DNA of 64,000 bases, from contig JAFDYB010000100.1 in assembly GCA_018267655.1 (NCBI GenBank), positions 7,999 through 71,998 of the forward strand, read 5' to 3'. Positions 39,390-49,048 of the stretch are shown in pieces. Position 1 is the stretch's first letter, and every line of letters starts with the position of its first letter. Made by a program: the position numbers and the translations under genes. Under the pieces are notes generated by a model. That model made no database searches, was not told the origin of the DNA, and was given only the letters and a program-made list of their open reading frames with translations. The DNA comes from Bacteroidota bacterium (lineage in GTDB: Bacteria; Bacteroidota; Bacteroidia; B-17B0; Aurantibacillaceae).

Positions 39390-40214
39390 TTATGAAAGTG
39401 AATAACGCTTTAATGATGTTACCGTAAGGGCTTTATCAATACTTTGAAGGTATTGGCGAACATTTACTTTATTGTCAATAAAATATTCTTGATTCAACAA
39501 TGTGCTTTCTTTATAAAATTTTTGAAGTTTTCCTTGAGCAATTTTTTCAACCATATCTTCGGGTTTTCCTTCGGCACGTGTAGTTTCTTTTGCAATTTCT
39601 AATTCACGAGAAATTACCGCAGGATCAATGTCATCTTTATCAATTGCAACTGGTGCCATTGCTGCTGCTTGCATAGCAACATTTTTACCAACTTCATCAG
39701 TAATATTTTTATTAAATCCTAAAGCTACAGCTAAACGATTTCCAGGGTGAATATATCCAACAACGTGTTCTGCTTTAATTAATTGATAGTAGCCAATGTC
39801 AATTTTTTCGCCAATTTTACCAACTTGCTCCATAAACTTATCAGAAATTGTTATGTCATTGTTATATGGTAATGCTTTTAAGGCATCAATATCTGTTGGT
39901 TGTTTTTTCAAAGCAATATTCGTAACTGTTTCAGCAAATGCAATAAAATCAGCGTTTTTAGCTACAAAATCTGTTTCGCAATTAACGCTTACAACTACTG
40001 CTATTTTCTTGTCGTCTGATATTTTTGAAAGCACAACGCCTTCTTTTGCATCACGATCTTGGCGATTTGCGGCTACTTTAGCGCCTTTTTTTCTTAAAAA
40101 ATCGATAGCTGCTTCAAAGTCGCCATTAGTTTCTTCTAAAGCTTTTTTACAATCCATCATTCCAGCGCCTGTTTGTTGGCGCAATTTGTTTACATCTGCT
40201 GCAGTAATTGCCAT
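39390..40214 (-). CDS. tsf: Translation elongation factor Ts
   Basis: 274 aa. N-terminal UBA-like VNKLRQQTGAGMMDCKKALEETNGDFEAAIDFLRKKG and CETDFVAKN motif. Confidence 0.92.
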   Translation of the reverse strand: MAITAADVNKLRQQTGAGMMDCKKALEETNGDFEAAIDFLRKKGAKVAANRQDRDAKEGVVLSKISDDKKIAVVVSVNCETDFVAKNADFIAFAETVTNIALKKQPTDIDALKALPYNNDITISDKFMEQVGKIGEKIDIGYYQLIKAEHVVGYIHPGNRLAVALGFNKNITDEVGKNVAMQAAAMAPVAIDKDDIDPAVISRELEIAKETTRAEGKPEDMVEKIAQGKLQKFYKESTLLNQEYFIDNKVNVRQYLQSIDKALTVTSLKRYSLS

Positions 40215-40249
40215 GTTATTTATTTTTAAATTATTATTATTTTTTATTT

Positions 40250-40283
40250 AAAAAAAACGGTCAACCTGTTTACAGAATGACCG
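40250..40283 (-). terminator. Terminator/attenuator-like hairpin between rpsB and tsf
   Basis: Stem cggtca...tgaccg with inner ctgt/acag pairs. On the minus strand it is followed by an 8-T run (complement of 40250-40257). Confidence 0.5.
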
Positions 40284-40306
40284 CTTTTGTTATTTCGTAT
40301 TTAATA

Positions 40307-41161
40307 CTATCTTTTAACGGTAGAACGGCGACGAGGTTGTTTTTTTCCGTCTGCGCTTTGTTCTTCTTTAAACTTTCCACCTTTAACTTTTGCGCCCTCT
40401 GCCAACGACTCAGCCTCATTAAGGCTTTCGTGTTTAGAATCATGCTCTTCAATACTGACTTCTTTATCTAACTTGCGCTCACTAAATCCTTCAATTGCGG
40501 CTTTGCACATTAAATCTACAATAAATGAAATAGAAGTGCTCGCATCGTCGTTTGCAGGTATTGCATAATCAACTTCATTTGGGTTTGAATTAGTATCAAC
40601 AATAGCAAAAGTTGGAATATTTAATCGCTTAGCTTCGGCAATGGCAATATGTTCTTTAACAATATCAACTACAAAAAGAGCAGCCGGTAAACGTGTTAAA
40701 TCAACGATTGAGCCAAAGTTTATTTGCAACTTGTCTTTTTCGCGTGATAATTGTAAACGTTCGCGTTTAGAAATATTTTCAAAGGTACCATCTGTAGCCA
40801 TTTTATCAATTTGTCCCATGCGGCGAACAGACTTACGGATTGTAGCAAAATTAGTTAACATTCCACCAGGCCAACGCTCTGTAACATAAGGCATTCCTAC
40901 TGCCTTTGATTTTTCAGCTACAATGTCTTTAGCTTGCTTTTTAGTAGCTACAAACAATATTTTTCTACCGCTACGTGCTATTGCTTTTAAAGCATTTGCT
41001 GCTTCATCTATTTTTGCAACGGTTTTGTTTAAATCTATGATATGGATTCCGTTTTTTTCACCGTAAATAAACGGCGCCATTGCCGGATTCCATTTACTTT
41101 TTAAGTGCCCAAAATGAGCGCCTACTTCTAATAATTCGTTAAAATTTGTGCGTGATGACAT
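40307..41161 (-). CDS. rpsB: 30S ribosomal protein S2 with a charged C-terminal extension
   Basis: ELLEVGAHFGHLKSKWNP, VTERWPGGMLTNF and FVVD motifs. I prefer the start MSSRTNF at 41161, because the ORF-track start at 41248 overlaps rpsI. Confidence 0.9.
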   Translation of the reverse strand: MSSRTNFNELLEVGAHFGHLKSKWNPAMAPFIYGEKNGIHIIDLNKTVAKIDEAANALKAIARSGRKILFVATKKQAKDIVAEKSKAVGMPYVTERWPGGMLTNFATIRKSVRRMGQIDKMATDGTFENISKRERLQLSREKDKLQINFGSIVDLTRLPAALFVVDIVKEHIAIAEAKRLNIPTFAIVDTNSNPNEVDYAIPANDDASTSISFIVDLMCKAAIEGFSERKLDKEVSIEEHDSKHESLNEAESLAEGAKVKGGKFKEEQSADGKKQPRRRSTVKR

Positions 41162-41186
41162 ATTTTTTTCTGTTCTATAAATAAAA

Positions 41187-41573
41187 TTAACGTTTGCTAA
41201 ATTGGAAACGAGCACGAGCTTTCTTTTGACCAAACTTTTTACGTTCAACCATGCGAGGGTCGCGAGTAACTAAGCCTTCTGCTCTTAATGCCGGCTTTAA
41301 ATCAGCATTATGCTCAACTAAAGCTTTCGCAATTGCTAAACGAATAGCTTGTGCCTGACCTGTATTTCCACCACCTGCTACATTTATCTTTACATCAAAC
41401 TCGTTACGAACATTTGCAACGGTTAATGATTGTGTTACATAAAAATGTAAGGTAGATGTTTTAAAATACGTTTTATAATCAACTCCATTTACTTCAATGT
41501 TTCCTTTGCCTTTTGTTACATAGGCACGAGCAACTGAGGTTTTTCTGCGTCCTGATTTGTTTATTACTTCCAT
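41187..41573 (-). CDS. rpsI: 30S ribosomal protein S9
   Basis: 128 aa with GRRKTSVARAY, GGGNTGQAQAIRLAIAKAL and a C-terminal KKARARFQFSKR. Confidence 0.92.
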   Translation of the reverse strand: MEVINKSGRRKTSVARAYVTKGKGNIEVNGVDYKTYFKTSTLHFYVTQSLTVANVRNEFDVKINVAGGGNTGQAQAIRLAIAKALVEHNADLKPALRAEGLVTRDPRMVERKKFGQKKARARFQFSKR

Positions 41574-41586
41574 TTAATTATAGCAA

Positions 41587-42042
41587 TTATTTAATTTTAT
41601 CTAAATCAATTTTTTGTGGTTTTTGAGCCTCCATGCCGTGGTTTGTTCCGGCAAATATGCGAACATTTGTGTTTAACACAGATGATAGGCGGTTTTTAGG
41701 TAACATTCCTTTAATAGCGATTTCAAGAACACGCTCAGGGTGCTTGCTTAAAAACTCTTTGGGCGTAGCAAAACGTTGACCACCGGGATAACCTGTGTAG
41801 CGAATATATTCTTTCTCTGTAAGTTTTTTTCCTGTAAAACGTACTTTTTCTGCGTTAATAATGATAACATTATCACCACAATCAACGTGTTCGGAAAAAC
41901 TTGTTTTGTGTTTGCCTCTTAAAATATAGGCTATTTTGCTTGCTAAACGACCTACTACTTGATTTTCGGCATCAACTAATATCCAGTCTTTTTTAACGGT
42001 AGCTTTGTTTAAATGCTTGGTTTTGTAACTAACTGCGTCCAC
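41587..42042 (-). CDS. rplM: 50S ribosomal protein L13
   Basis: 151 aa with KDWILVDAENQVVGRLAS, GDNVIIINA and YTGYPGG motifs. Confidence 0.92.
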   Translation of the reverse strand: MDAVSYKTKHLNKATVKKDWILVDAENQVVGRLASKIAYILRGKHKTSFSEHVDCGDNVIIINAEKVRFTGKKLTEKEYIRYTGYPGGQRFATPKEFLSKHPERVLEIAIKGMLPKNRLSSVLNTNVRIFAGTNHGMEAQKPQKIDLDKIK

Positions 42043-42083
42043 TTTTGTCTGTTTTTATACCTTATTATTATTATTAAGGGGTG

Positions 42084-42113
42084 CAAATGTACGTAGTTTT
42101 TTTTAATTCGCAA
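42084..42113 (-). promoter_or_regulatory. rplM promoter: -33 TTG, 19-nt spacer, -7 TACATTTG
   Basis: Minus strand reads aatTTGcgaattaaaaaaaactacgTACATTTGcacccc. This matches the Flavobacterium-type TTG-N19-TAnnTTTG consensus. The ATG lies about 40 nt downstream. Confidence 0.55.
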
Positions 42114-42292
42114 ATTAATTTTTTAAAATTGAGCTTGTTTTTTAAAAACAAAAAATAAATTGGTCAATCTAAGGTAGAGTTTTGCGTAATCAACAAAATA
42201 TTAACAGTTTTTTATGGGTTGGAATATAAGTATAAAAAAGAATCGGCTGCAAAACAAGTCTTTATTACACGTGTTGCACTATAATAAAAAAG

Positions 42293-43930
42293 CTATTTAA
42301 TATCTGCTTGTAAAAATGGGTAACGATAGTCGCTTGGCGGTACAAAAGTCTCCTTTATGGTACGTGGGTTTACCCAGCGCAATAAATTTATCTTATGTCC
42401 CGCTTTGTCGTTAGTGCCACTTCCTCTGGCACCACCAAAGGGTTGTTGACCAACTACAGCTCCGGTACATTTATCATTGATATAAAAATTTCCGGCAGCA
42501 TTGTTTAAGCGTTGGGTTGCTACATCAATTGCATAGCGGTCATTTGCAATAATCGCTCCTGTTAGGGCATAAATCCCTGTTTTATCAACAATGTCAAGCG
42601 TTTCTTCAAACTTGGCATCGTCGTAAACATAAATGGTTAATACGGGGCCAAATAGTTCTTCACACATGGTAACGTAAAAAGGATCTTCTACTTTTAAAAC
42701 AGTTGGCTCTATAAAATAACCTACTGATTTGTCGCAATTCCCACCATAAACAAGCTCTACCCCCTTGTCTGTTTTTGCTTTATCAATATGTGATTTTAGT
42801 TTATCAAAACTTTTTTCGTCAATTACCGCGTTTATAAAATTTGTAAAATCTTCGGTTCCACCCATCTTCATGGTTTTTAAATCAGAGATTAAATCTGTTT
42901 TAAAGTTCTCCCACATGCTTTTAGGCACGTATGCACGTGAGCATGCTGAGCATTTTTGCCCTTGGTATTCAAAGGCTCCGCGACTAACTGCAACCGACGA
43001 CTGTTTTACGTCTGCGCTAGGGTGAATGAAAATAAAATCTTTTCCGCCTGTTTCGCCAACAATGCGAGGGTACGATTTATATTTATGGATATTGTTTCCA
43101 ATTTTTTGCCAAATATCTTGAAATACGCCTGTACTGCCTGTAAAGTGAATTCCGGCAAAATCAGGGTGCTGAAAAATAACATCAGCAGCATCGGGACCAC
43201 TTGGATAAATTAAATTAATAACACCTGCGGGGACACCTGCTTTTGTAAAAATCTCCATCAACACATTGGCACTGTATATTTGCGTGTTGCTTGGCTTCCA
43301 TACTACTACGTTGCCCATCATTGCACAGCTTGTAGGTAAATTTCCGGCAATAGCTGTAAAATTAAAAGGTGTGAGAGCATACACAAAACCTTCTAAAGGT
43401 CGCCATTCCATTCGGTTCCAAACACCGGCACTGCTAATAGGTTGCTCTTTGTAAATATCCGCCATAAACGAAACATTAAAACGCAAAAAATCTATTATTT
43501 CGCAAGCACTGTCAATCTCTGCTTGAAAAGCGTTTTTGCTTTGCCCGAGCATGGTAGCAGCATTCATTTTCGCACGGTACGGACCTGCAATTAATTCGGC
43601 AGCTTTTAAAAAAATAGCAGCGCGTTGCTCCCAAGCCAAGGCAGCCCATTGTTTTCGGGCAGCTAAAGCGGCATCAATTGCTTGAGAAATATGGGTTTTA
43701 TCACTTTTATGGTAGTGCCCTAATGTGTGCTTATGGTCGTGTGGCGGACTAAGACGAGCTAAAGCGTTATTACGAATTTCTTTGCCACCAATATACATTG
43801 GCACATCAACTTCAACACTACGCATTTGTTTTAGTGTTTCTTGTAACTCTTTGCGTTCAGTGCTTCCCGCAGCATATTGTTTAATAGGTTCGTTTATCGG
43901 AGTGGGAATATTAAAAAATCCTTTTAGCAT
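42293..43930 (-). CDS. pruA: L-glutamate gamma-semialdehyde (1-pyrroline-5-carboxylate) dehydrogenase
   Basis: 545 aa aldehyde dehydrogenase with ETGGKDF and EYQGQKCSACSR active-site motifs. Length and N-terminus are typical of stand-alone PruA. Confidence 0.85.
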   Translation of the reverse strand: MLKGFFNIPTPINEPIKQYAAGSTERKELQETLKQMRSVEVDVPMYIGGKEIRNNALARLSPPHDHKHTLGHYHKSDKTHISQAIDAALAARKQWAALAWEQRAAIFLKAAELIAGPYRAKMNAATMLGQSKNAFQAEIDSACEIIDFLRFNVSFMADIYKEQPISSAGVWNRMEWRPLEGFVYALTPFNFTAIAGNLPTSCAMMGNVVVWKPSNTQIYSANVLMEIFTKAGVPAGVINLIYPSGPDAADVIFQHPDFAGIHFTGSTGVFQDIWQKIGNNIHKYKSYPRIVGETGGKDFIFIHPSADVKQSSVAVSRGAFEYQGQKCSACSRAYVPKSMWENFKTDLISDLKTMKMGGTEDFTNFINAVIDEKSFDKLKSHIDKAKTDKGVELVYGGNCDKSVGYFIEPTVLKVEDPFYVTMCEELFGPVLTIYVYDDAKFEETLDIVDKTGIYALTGAIIANDRYAIDVATQRLNNAAGNFYINDKCTGAVVGQQPFGGARGSGTNDKAGHKINLLRWVNPRTIKETFVPPSDYRYPFLQADIK

Positions 43931-44056
43931 AAAAAATAAAATACAAAGATAATGAATTTTTAAAAAAAATTAGCATGATTAAATTCAGATAACATTGTAG
44001 ATTTACAATTTATTACACACCAAAAATCATATAACAAATTAATAATTGCTGTTTGC

Positions 44057-46267
44057 TTGATTTTAACAATTGTTGCGACATACAAGGTGCAGTTTATTAG
44101 CTTTAATTATAATTTTGAAGACTTTTTTCCGAATGAAGATAATGAATGTGAATTATACAACAATTATAGGAAAACGTTTGAACACGATAATGAGTTTGCG
44201 CTAATAGCGCTTGAGAATAAAGAAGGAATTTTTAAAAGAGACTTTTTATTAAGAGTTGATTCATTTAGTAGGGCCATTGAAAAACTACCTTATGTAGAGC
44301 GTGTAATTTCGCCGACTAGCATGAAAACAATAGTGATAGGAGGTATAACACCCATTAAAACACCTATTTTACACATACAACAAGAGGATTTGTATCAACA
44401 AGACAGTGCTTTGATTTTTGAATCGCCATATTTACTTGGTTCATTTTTTTCTAAAAATGCACAATCAATCACTATTTTTATTAAAACAAAAGATGAAATG
44501 AAAAAACGTGAGTGCGATGTATTGTGTGCAGGGGTTGAGGGGCTATTAAAAAAACACAAATTTAACCAAAGTCATTATGCCGGTAAAATATTTGCACAAA
44601 ACGTATATTTAAAAAACTTACAAAAAGAGTTTTTGCTTTTTATTACTTTATCGTTCTTAGTTGTTGTTATTGTTTTGTGGCTTACATTTAAATCGTGGCA
44701 AGGAATAGTATTTCCAGTGTTAGTTGTAATAGTATCGGTAATTTATACTTTAGGTATTATGCAAATTTTAGGAAAGCAAATTGATATTTTGAGTACAATG
44801 TTGCCAACAATGATTTTCATAACAGGTATGAGTGATGTGGTTCATTTTTACAGCAAATATCTTGAAGAAAACACGCACGGAAAATTAAAAGAAGGAAACT
44901 ACCGCTTAATTTTAAAAGAAGTTGGGTTTCCTACCTTTTTAACGTTAATAACAACCGTTGTTGGATTTTTGTCGCTTTCTTTCTCATCAATTAAACCAAT
45001 AAGAGATTTTGGAATTTACACATCAATAGGTATTACAATAGCTTTTTTACTAACATATACGTTGCTGCCTGCAATGTTATTTTTTTATTCGCCAAAAAAA
45101 ACAAATGTGTTTAGTAGTAAAAATATTTTTTCAAATAATTTTATGAGAAAAGGTTTGTTTTGGGTTTTTAGAAATCAAAAATTAATTTTGGTAATAACAG
45201 CTATTGTTACCGTAATATCAGTAATAGGAATATCTAAAATAAGAGTAAACAACCTATTGCTTGAAGATTTAAGTAATAAAGTAAAGCTTAAACAAGATTT
45301 TAATTTTTTTGATGAAAACTATAGTGGTGCCCGCCCACTTGAAATACTGATTACGGTTAATGACCCAAATAAAAATGTGTGGAATTATGAGATATTAGGG
45401 GAAGTAGATAAATTAAACTCATACATTCAAAAAGAATACAAGGCAGGTTTTTTATTTTCACTGCCAACGCTAATAAAAACAATTTATAAAAATTCAGGAT
45501 TAATTTCAAGTAATGAGTTTCCTAAAAAAACGGAGTTTAACGAAATTATTGAGATATTAAAAAACAATAAAAGTAATAAAGAGCTAAAGCGATTAATTTC
45601 AAAAAATGTTATGCAAACGCGCATAAGTGCTAAAATTAAAGATGCGGGGAGTGCGATTGTTACTGAACAAAACAAGGCACTGTTAAACTTTGTTGAAAGG
45701 AATATTAATCAAAAATTAATTTCAATAAACATTACCGGAGCCGCTCATTTAGTAGATAAAAATAATGAGTACATGGTAAGTAATATGACTCAAGGCTTTG
45801 TATTTTCGCTTATTGTAATAGCCTTGCTTACATTTGTTTTGCATCGAAATTGGCGTATGGTTTTAGTGTTCTTTTTACCAAATATAATTCCACTTCTTAT
45901 AATATCAGGCTTAATGGGTTTTGCCGGAATTGAACTAAAGGCAAGCACTTCTTTAATATTTAGTATTGCGTTTGGTATTGCAACCGATGATACTATTCAT
46001 TTTATATCGCGTTTAAAAATAGAATTAGGATATGGAAAAAGCTTATTGTATGCGTTTAAACGCACCTACTTTGAAACAGGTAAACCAATTATTTTAACTA
46101 CATTTATTCTTTTAGGTGGCTTTATGAGTTTAATGTTAAGCGACTTTCAAAGCACTTTTTATTTTGGTTTTTTAATTTGTATTACCATTTTTATTGCCGT
46201 GTTGGCTGATATATTTTTGTTGCCCGTGCTTTTATTTTTAATTTATAAAAAAAGAAATGCTAATTAA
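44057..46267 (+). CDS. MMPL/RND-superfamily membrane transporter (sterol-sensing-domain type)
   Basis: 736 aa with two 6-TM bundles (FITGMSDVVHF and FGIATDDTIHF motifs). The TTG start cuts into the first TM helix. The frame is open from 43982, and an out-of-frame ATG lies at 43974. Confidence 0.75.
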   Translation: MILTIVATYKVQFISFNYNFEDFFPNEDNECELYNNYRKTFEHDNEFALIALENKEGIFKRDFLLRVDSFSRAIEKLPYVERVISPTSMKTIVIGGITPIKTPILHIQQEDLYQQDSALIFESPYLLGSFFSKNAQSITIFIKTKDEMKKRECDVLCAGVEGLLKKHKFNQSHYAGKIFAQNVYLKNLQKEFLLFITLSFLVVVIVLWLTFKSWQGIVFPVLVVIVSVIYTLGIMQILGKQIDILSTMLPTMIFITGMSDVVHFYSKYLEENTHGKLKEGNYRLILKEVGFPTFLTLITTVVGFLSLSFSSIKPIRDFGIYTSIGITIAFLLTYTLLPAMLFFYSPKKTNVFSSKNIFSNNFMRKGLFWVFRNQKLILVITAIVTVISVIGISKIRVNNLLLEDLSNKVKLKQDFNFFDENYSGARPLEILITVNDPNKNVWNYEILGEVDKLNSYIQKEYKAGFLFSLPTLIKTIYKNSGLISSNEFPKKTEFNEIIEILKNNKSNKELKRLISKNVMQTRISAKIKDAGSAIVTEQNKALLNFVERNINQKLISINITGAAHLVDKNNEYMVSNMTQGFVFSLIVIALLTFVLHRNWRMVLVFFLPNIIPLLIISGLMGFAGIELKASTSLIFSIAFGIATDDTIHFISRLKIELGYGKSLLYAFKRTYFETGKPIILTTFILLGGFMSLMLSDFQSTFYFGFLICITIFIAVLADIFLLPVLLFLIYKKRNAN

Positions 46268-46367
46268 AATTTATAGTTTATTGTTCCGATTAGCGTAAAA
46301 AAATGTTTACTTTTACAATTTACTCAAAAATTTAGTTAGAGTAAAACACTCGACTTATTTATCATTT

Positions 46368-47648
46368 ATGCTTAATCGAAAAACTCAACCGGCCTTTAAA
46401 AAAATAACTTCAATACCAATACAAAAAGTTAAAAATTTTAAACTTTTAAATGGTATAGATGTGTTTACAATTAATGCAGGCACACAATCAATCATAAAAT
46501 TAGACTTCATTTTTGATGCGGGAATGTATTTTCAAAAAAGTTTATTAGTAGCAGCATCTACAAACGCTTTGCTTGAAAGCGGTTCTGAAAATTATTCGGC
46601 AAATGAGCTAAGTGAAAATATAGATTACTTTGGATCATTTTTAGAGTTAGAGATAGATCAAGATAGATCGGCTGTAGTTGTTTATACGCTAAATAAGTAT
46701 TTAAAACAAACATTACAATACGTTGCTGAAGTGATTAACAAACCCATTTTTCCTGAAGATGAATTTCAAATTTATAAAGAAAATAAAAAACAGACCTATA
46801 TTTTAAATTCTCAAAAAGTAGGTGCTTTAGCAAGGCGAAAATTTCCGGAGCTGATATTTGGAGAAAAACATCCTTATGGCATTCAGGCTTCTGAAAAAAA
46901 TTATGACGAGTTATCAGTTAATGAAATAAGATCGTTCTATAACAGTCATTATAAAAATAAAATTTCGGCAATAATAGTAAGTGGCAATTTGCCGGAAGAC
47001 TTAAAACCTTGTTTGAATTTGTTTTTTGGAGCGTATTTTAATAACAATACAAAAATTGAAGATAAGTGGGTGTTACCAAAACCAAGTTCTATAAAAAAAT
47101 GTGTGATAGAAAAAGACGATGCCATTCAAAATGCAATTAAAATAGGGCGATTGTTATTTAATAAAACACACGAAGACTATTTCCATTTTCAGGTATTAAA
47201 TTGTGTATTGGGTGGCTATTTTGACTCTCGATTAATGGCAAACATTCGAGAAGATAAAGGCTACACATACGGTATTGGAAGTGCTATACTCAATTTAAAA
47301 CACGCCGGTGTTTTTTCAATCAGCGCCGAAGTTGGCGCAGATGTTTGCTCAAAAGCGATTGACGAAATCTATAAAGAAATAAAGCGCCTAAGAGAGGGGC
47401 TAATTGGTACAAAGGAATTAGAGACCGTAAAAAATTATATGTTAGGTCAATTTTTAAGGAGTGCTGAAGGTCCTTTTGAACTGGCAGAAAAATTTAAGTC
47501 AGTTTATTTTTTTGATTTGAATTATGATTATCATACTAAATATTTTAATAGTGTGAAAGCGGTTAAGCCTCATCAATTAAGAGAAATGGCAAATAAGTAT
47601 TTACAACAAGATGACTTAATAGAGTGTGTGGCAGGAAAAAAAATGTAA
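46368..47648 (+). CDS. M16 (pitrilysin)-family protein, probably non-catalytic
   Basis: 426 aa with an M16-like fold pattern. No HxxEH zinc motif is present at the expected N-terminal position (LLVAASTNALLESGSENY instead). Confidence 0.7.
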   Translation: MLNRKTQPAFKKITSIPIQKVKNFKLLNGIDVFTINAGTQSIIKLDFIFDAGMYFQKSLLVAASTNALLESGSENYSANELSENIDYFGSFLELEIDQDRSAVVVYTLNKYLKQTLQYVAEVINKPIFPEDEFQIYKENKKQTYILNSQKVGALARRKFPELIFGEKHPYGIQASEKNYDELSVNEIRSFYNSHYKNKISAIIVSGNLPEDLKPCLNLFFGAYFNNNTKIEDKWVLPKPSSIKKCVIEKDDAIQNAIKIGRLLFNKTHEDYFHFQVLNCVLGGYFDSRLMANIREDKGYTYGIGSAILNLKHAGVFSISAEVGADVCSKAIDEIYKEIKRLREGLIGTKELETVKNYMLGQFLRSAEGPFELAEKFKSVYFFDLNYDYHTKYFNSVKAVKPHQLREMANKYLQQDDLIECVAGKKM

Positions 47649-48129
47649 AAAATTCTTTTTATTTTTTTTACGCCATAGAAATCAAGAGTTGCTAAAATTT
47701 TTATTGCCAACTAAAATTTGCAAGTGTTTAATACAAGCGTAAATAAATAATTAGTTTAATATTAAGTATATGTTTTTGTTTTATTTTTGGGCTAAGTTAC
47801 ATAAACTGAGGGCTTTAACTTAAAGAAGATGCTGCGGAATATAGCATCTTCTTTAAACTGTCAACTAAAATTGGGTTTATGTTACTGCTGTGCTTTATTT
47901 TTACCAAGATATAAAAAAGTGACTTTTTAAAGAAGGACTAAATACAGACTTGCAAATAATTCGATTTTACTGAGAGATTTATTTACAATTGGGTATAAAT
48001 TTAAGAGCAGTATATTTTTTATAATCACTCAATAAAATTAATACCTAAAAGGTATTAGCTATCTCTTTAGTAAATCCGCTATAATTAGAAAAAAAATAAT
48101 TATTAATTTTAACAACAATTCTTTTTAAA

Positions 48130-49029
48130 ATGGCAAAAAAAATTATTTTTCTTGTTTTTGTGTTTAGCATACAACAAATAATCAGTCAAAATGTTGGCAT
48201 TAATACCACAGGCGCCGCTGGTTATGTAGCAGCCGGCTTAGATGTTGATTTTTCAAATAAAGGACTATTAATACCAAGAATTGCATTAACAGGTCCAACT
48301 GATGTTGTTACAGTGCCATCACCAACATTAAGTTTGCTGATATTTAACACTACTAACTCTGCTGCAATTTATCCCGGATTTTATTATTGGACAGGTAGCT
48401 GCTGGCGAAATGTAAATACGCCCCCAATAGGCTCAACTTTTATACAATGGTTTGGCGCATCAGATCCTAATGTAATATATCCTTGCACCACGTGGATATC
48501 AAGCGATATGCAAAACGGAGAGTTCATTAGAGCCACAGGTGGAAATGCCAATGTGCCAAGCGCAGGGGCTTTAACGGGCGTTGTACAAGGTTTTACTACT
48601 GAAGATCATACCCATTCTGCTACTATTACAATAAATAATTCTGCCCCTCTAACAACAAGTAGCAACGGTGCTCATAATCATACCGGCTATACCGGCGGCT
48701 ACAACGATATTGGCACCGGTTGCGGAAGCCCTAAGTGGATTCCTTATGATGATAACAATAACGCAGATCAAGTTGCTGCCGGCTCTGCTGCTATACCAAG
48801 CGCTTCTTGTCCATGGAATGGCATGGGTGTAGTTGGGAATTTTATGGGAAGAACAGATACTGAACTAAATCACAATCACTCTATCAGCACAGATGGTAAT
48901 CATACTCATACTGTACCGGCACATAACCATACAGGCACCGCTACTGTTGGTAACATGGCAAGTGGCACACCAGGCATTGAAACAAGACCTATAAATGTTG
49001 CTGTAAAATTTTGGAGGAGGTTAAATTAA
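48130..49029 (+). CDS. Secreted tail-collar/fibre-like protein with five HxH motifs
   Basis: 299 aa with a signal peptide ending QIISQ. N-terminal VGINTTG...NKGLLIPRIALTG module. C-terminal collar-like region with HTH/HNH/HNH/HTH/HNH (48607-48930), ending RPINVAVKFW. Confidence 0.55.
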   Translation: MAKKIIFLVFVFSIQQIISQNVGINTTGAAGYVAAGLDVDFSNKGLLIPRIALTGPTDVVTVPSPTLSLLIFNTTNSAAIYPGFYYWTGSCWRNVNTPPIGSTFIQWFGASDPNVIYPCTTWISSDMQNGEFIRATGGNANVPSAGALTGVVQGFTTEDHTHSATITINNSAPLTTSSNGAHNHTGYTGGYNDIGTGCGSPKWIPYDDNNNADQVAAGSAAIPSASCPWNGMGVVGNFMGRTDTELNHNHSISTDGNHTHTVPAHNHTGTATVGNMASGTPGIETRPINVAVKFWRRLN

Positions 49030-49048
49030 TTAGGTTTCACTTTCTGTA

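Noticed and set aside
39796-40471. Plus-strand ORFs 39796-40251 and 40208-40471
   Set aside because: They are antisense to tsf, to the tsf-rpsB terminator region and to the 3' end of rpsB. Their composition is hydrophobic and low-complexity, and the well-supported genes occupy the other strand.
41162-41248. N-terminal extension of rpsB in the ORF track
   Set aside because: It overlaps the rpsI 3' end. S2 proteins begin near MSSRTNFNELLEVGAHFGH.
47829-47930. 33-codon Cys-rich ORF (MLRNIASSLNCQLKLGLCYCCALFLPRYKKVTF) in the 481-nt intergenic region
   Set aside because: Its start lies inside the 14-bp hairpin. I saw no promoter box upstream and have no conservation evidence, so it is too weak to call.
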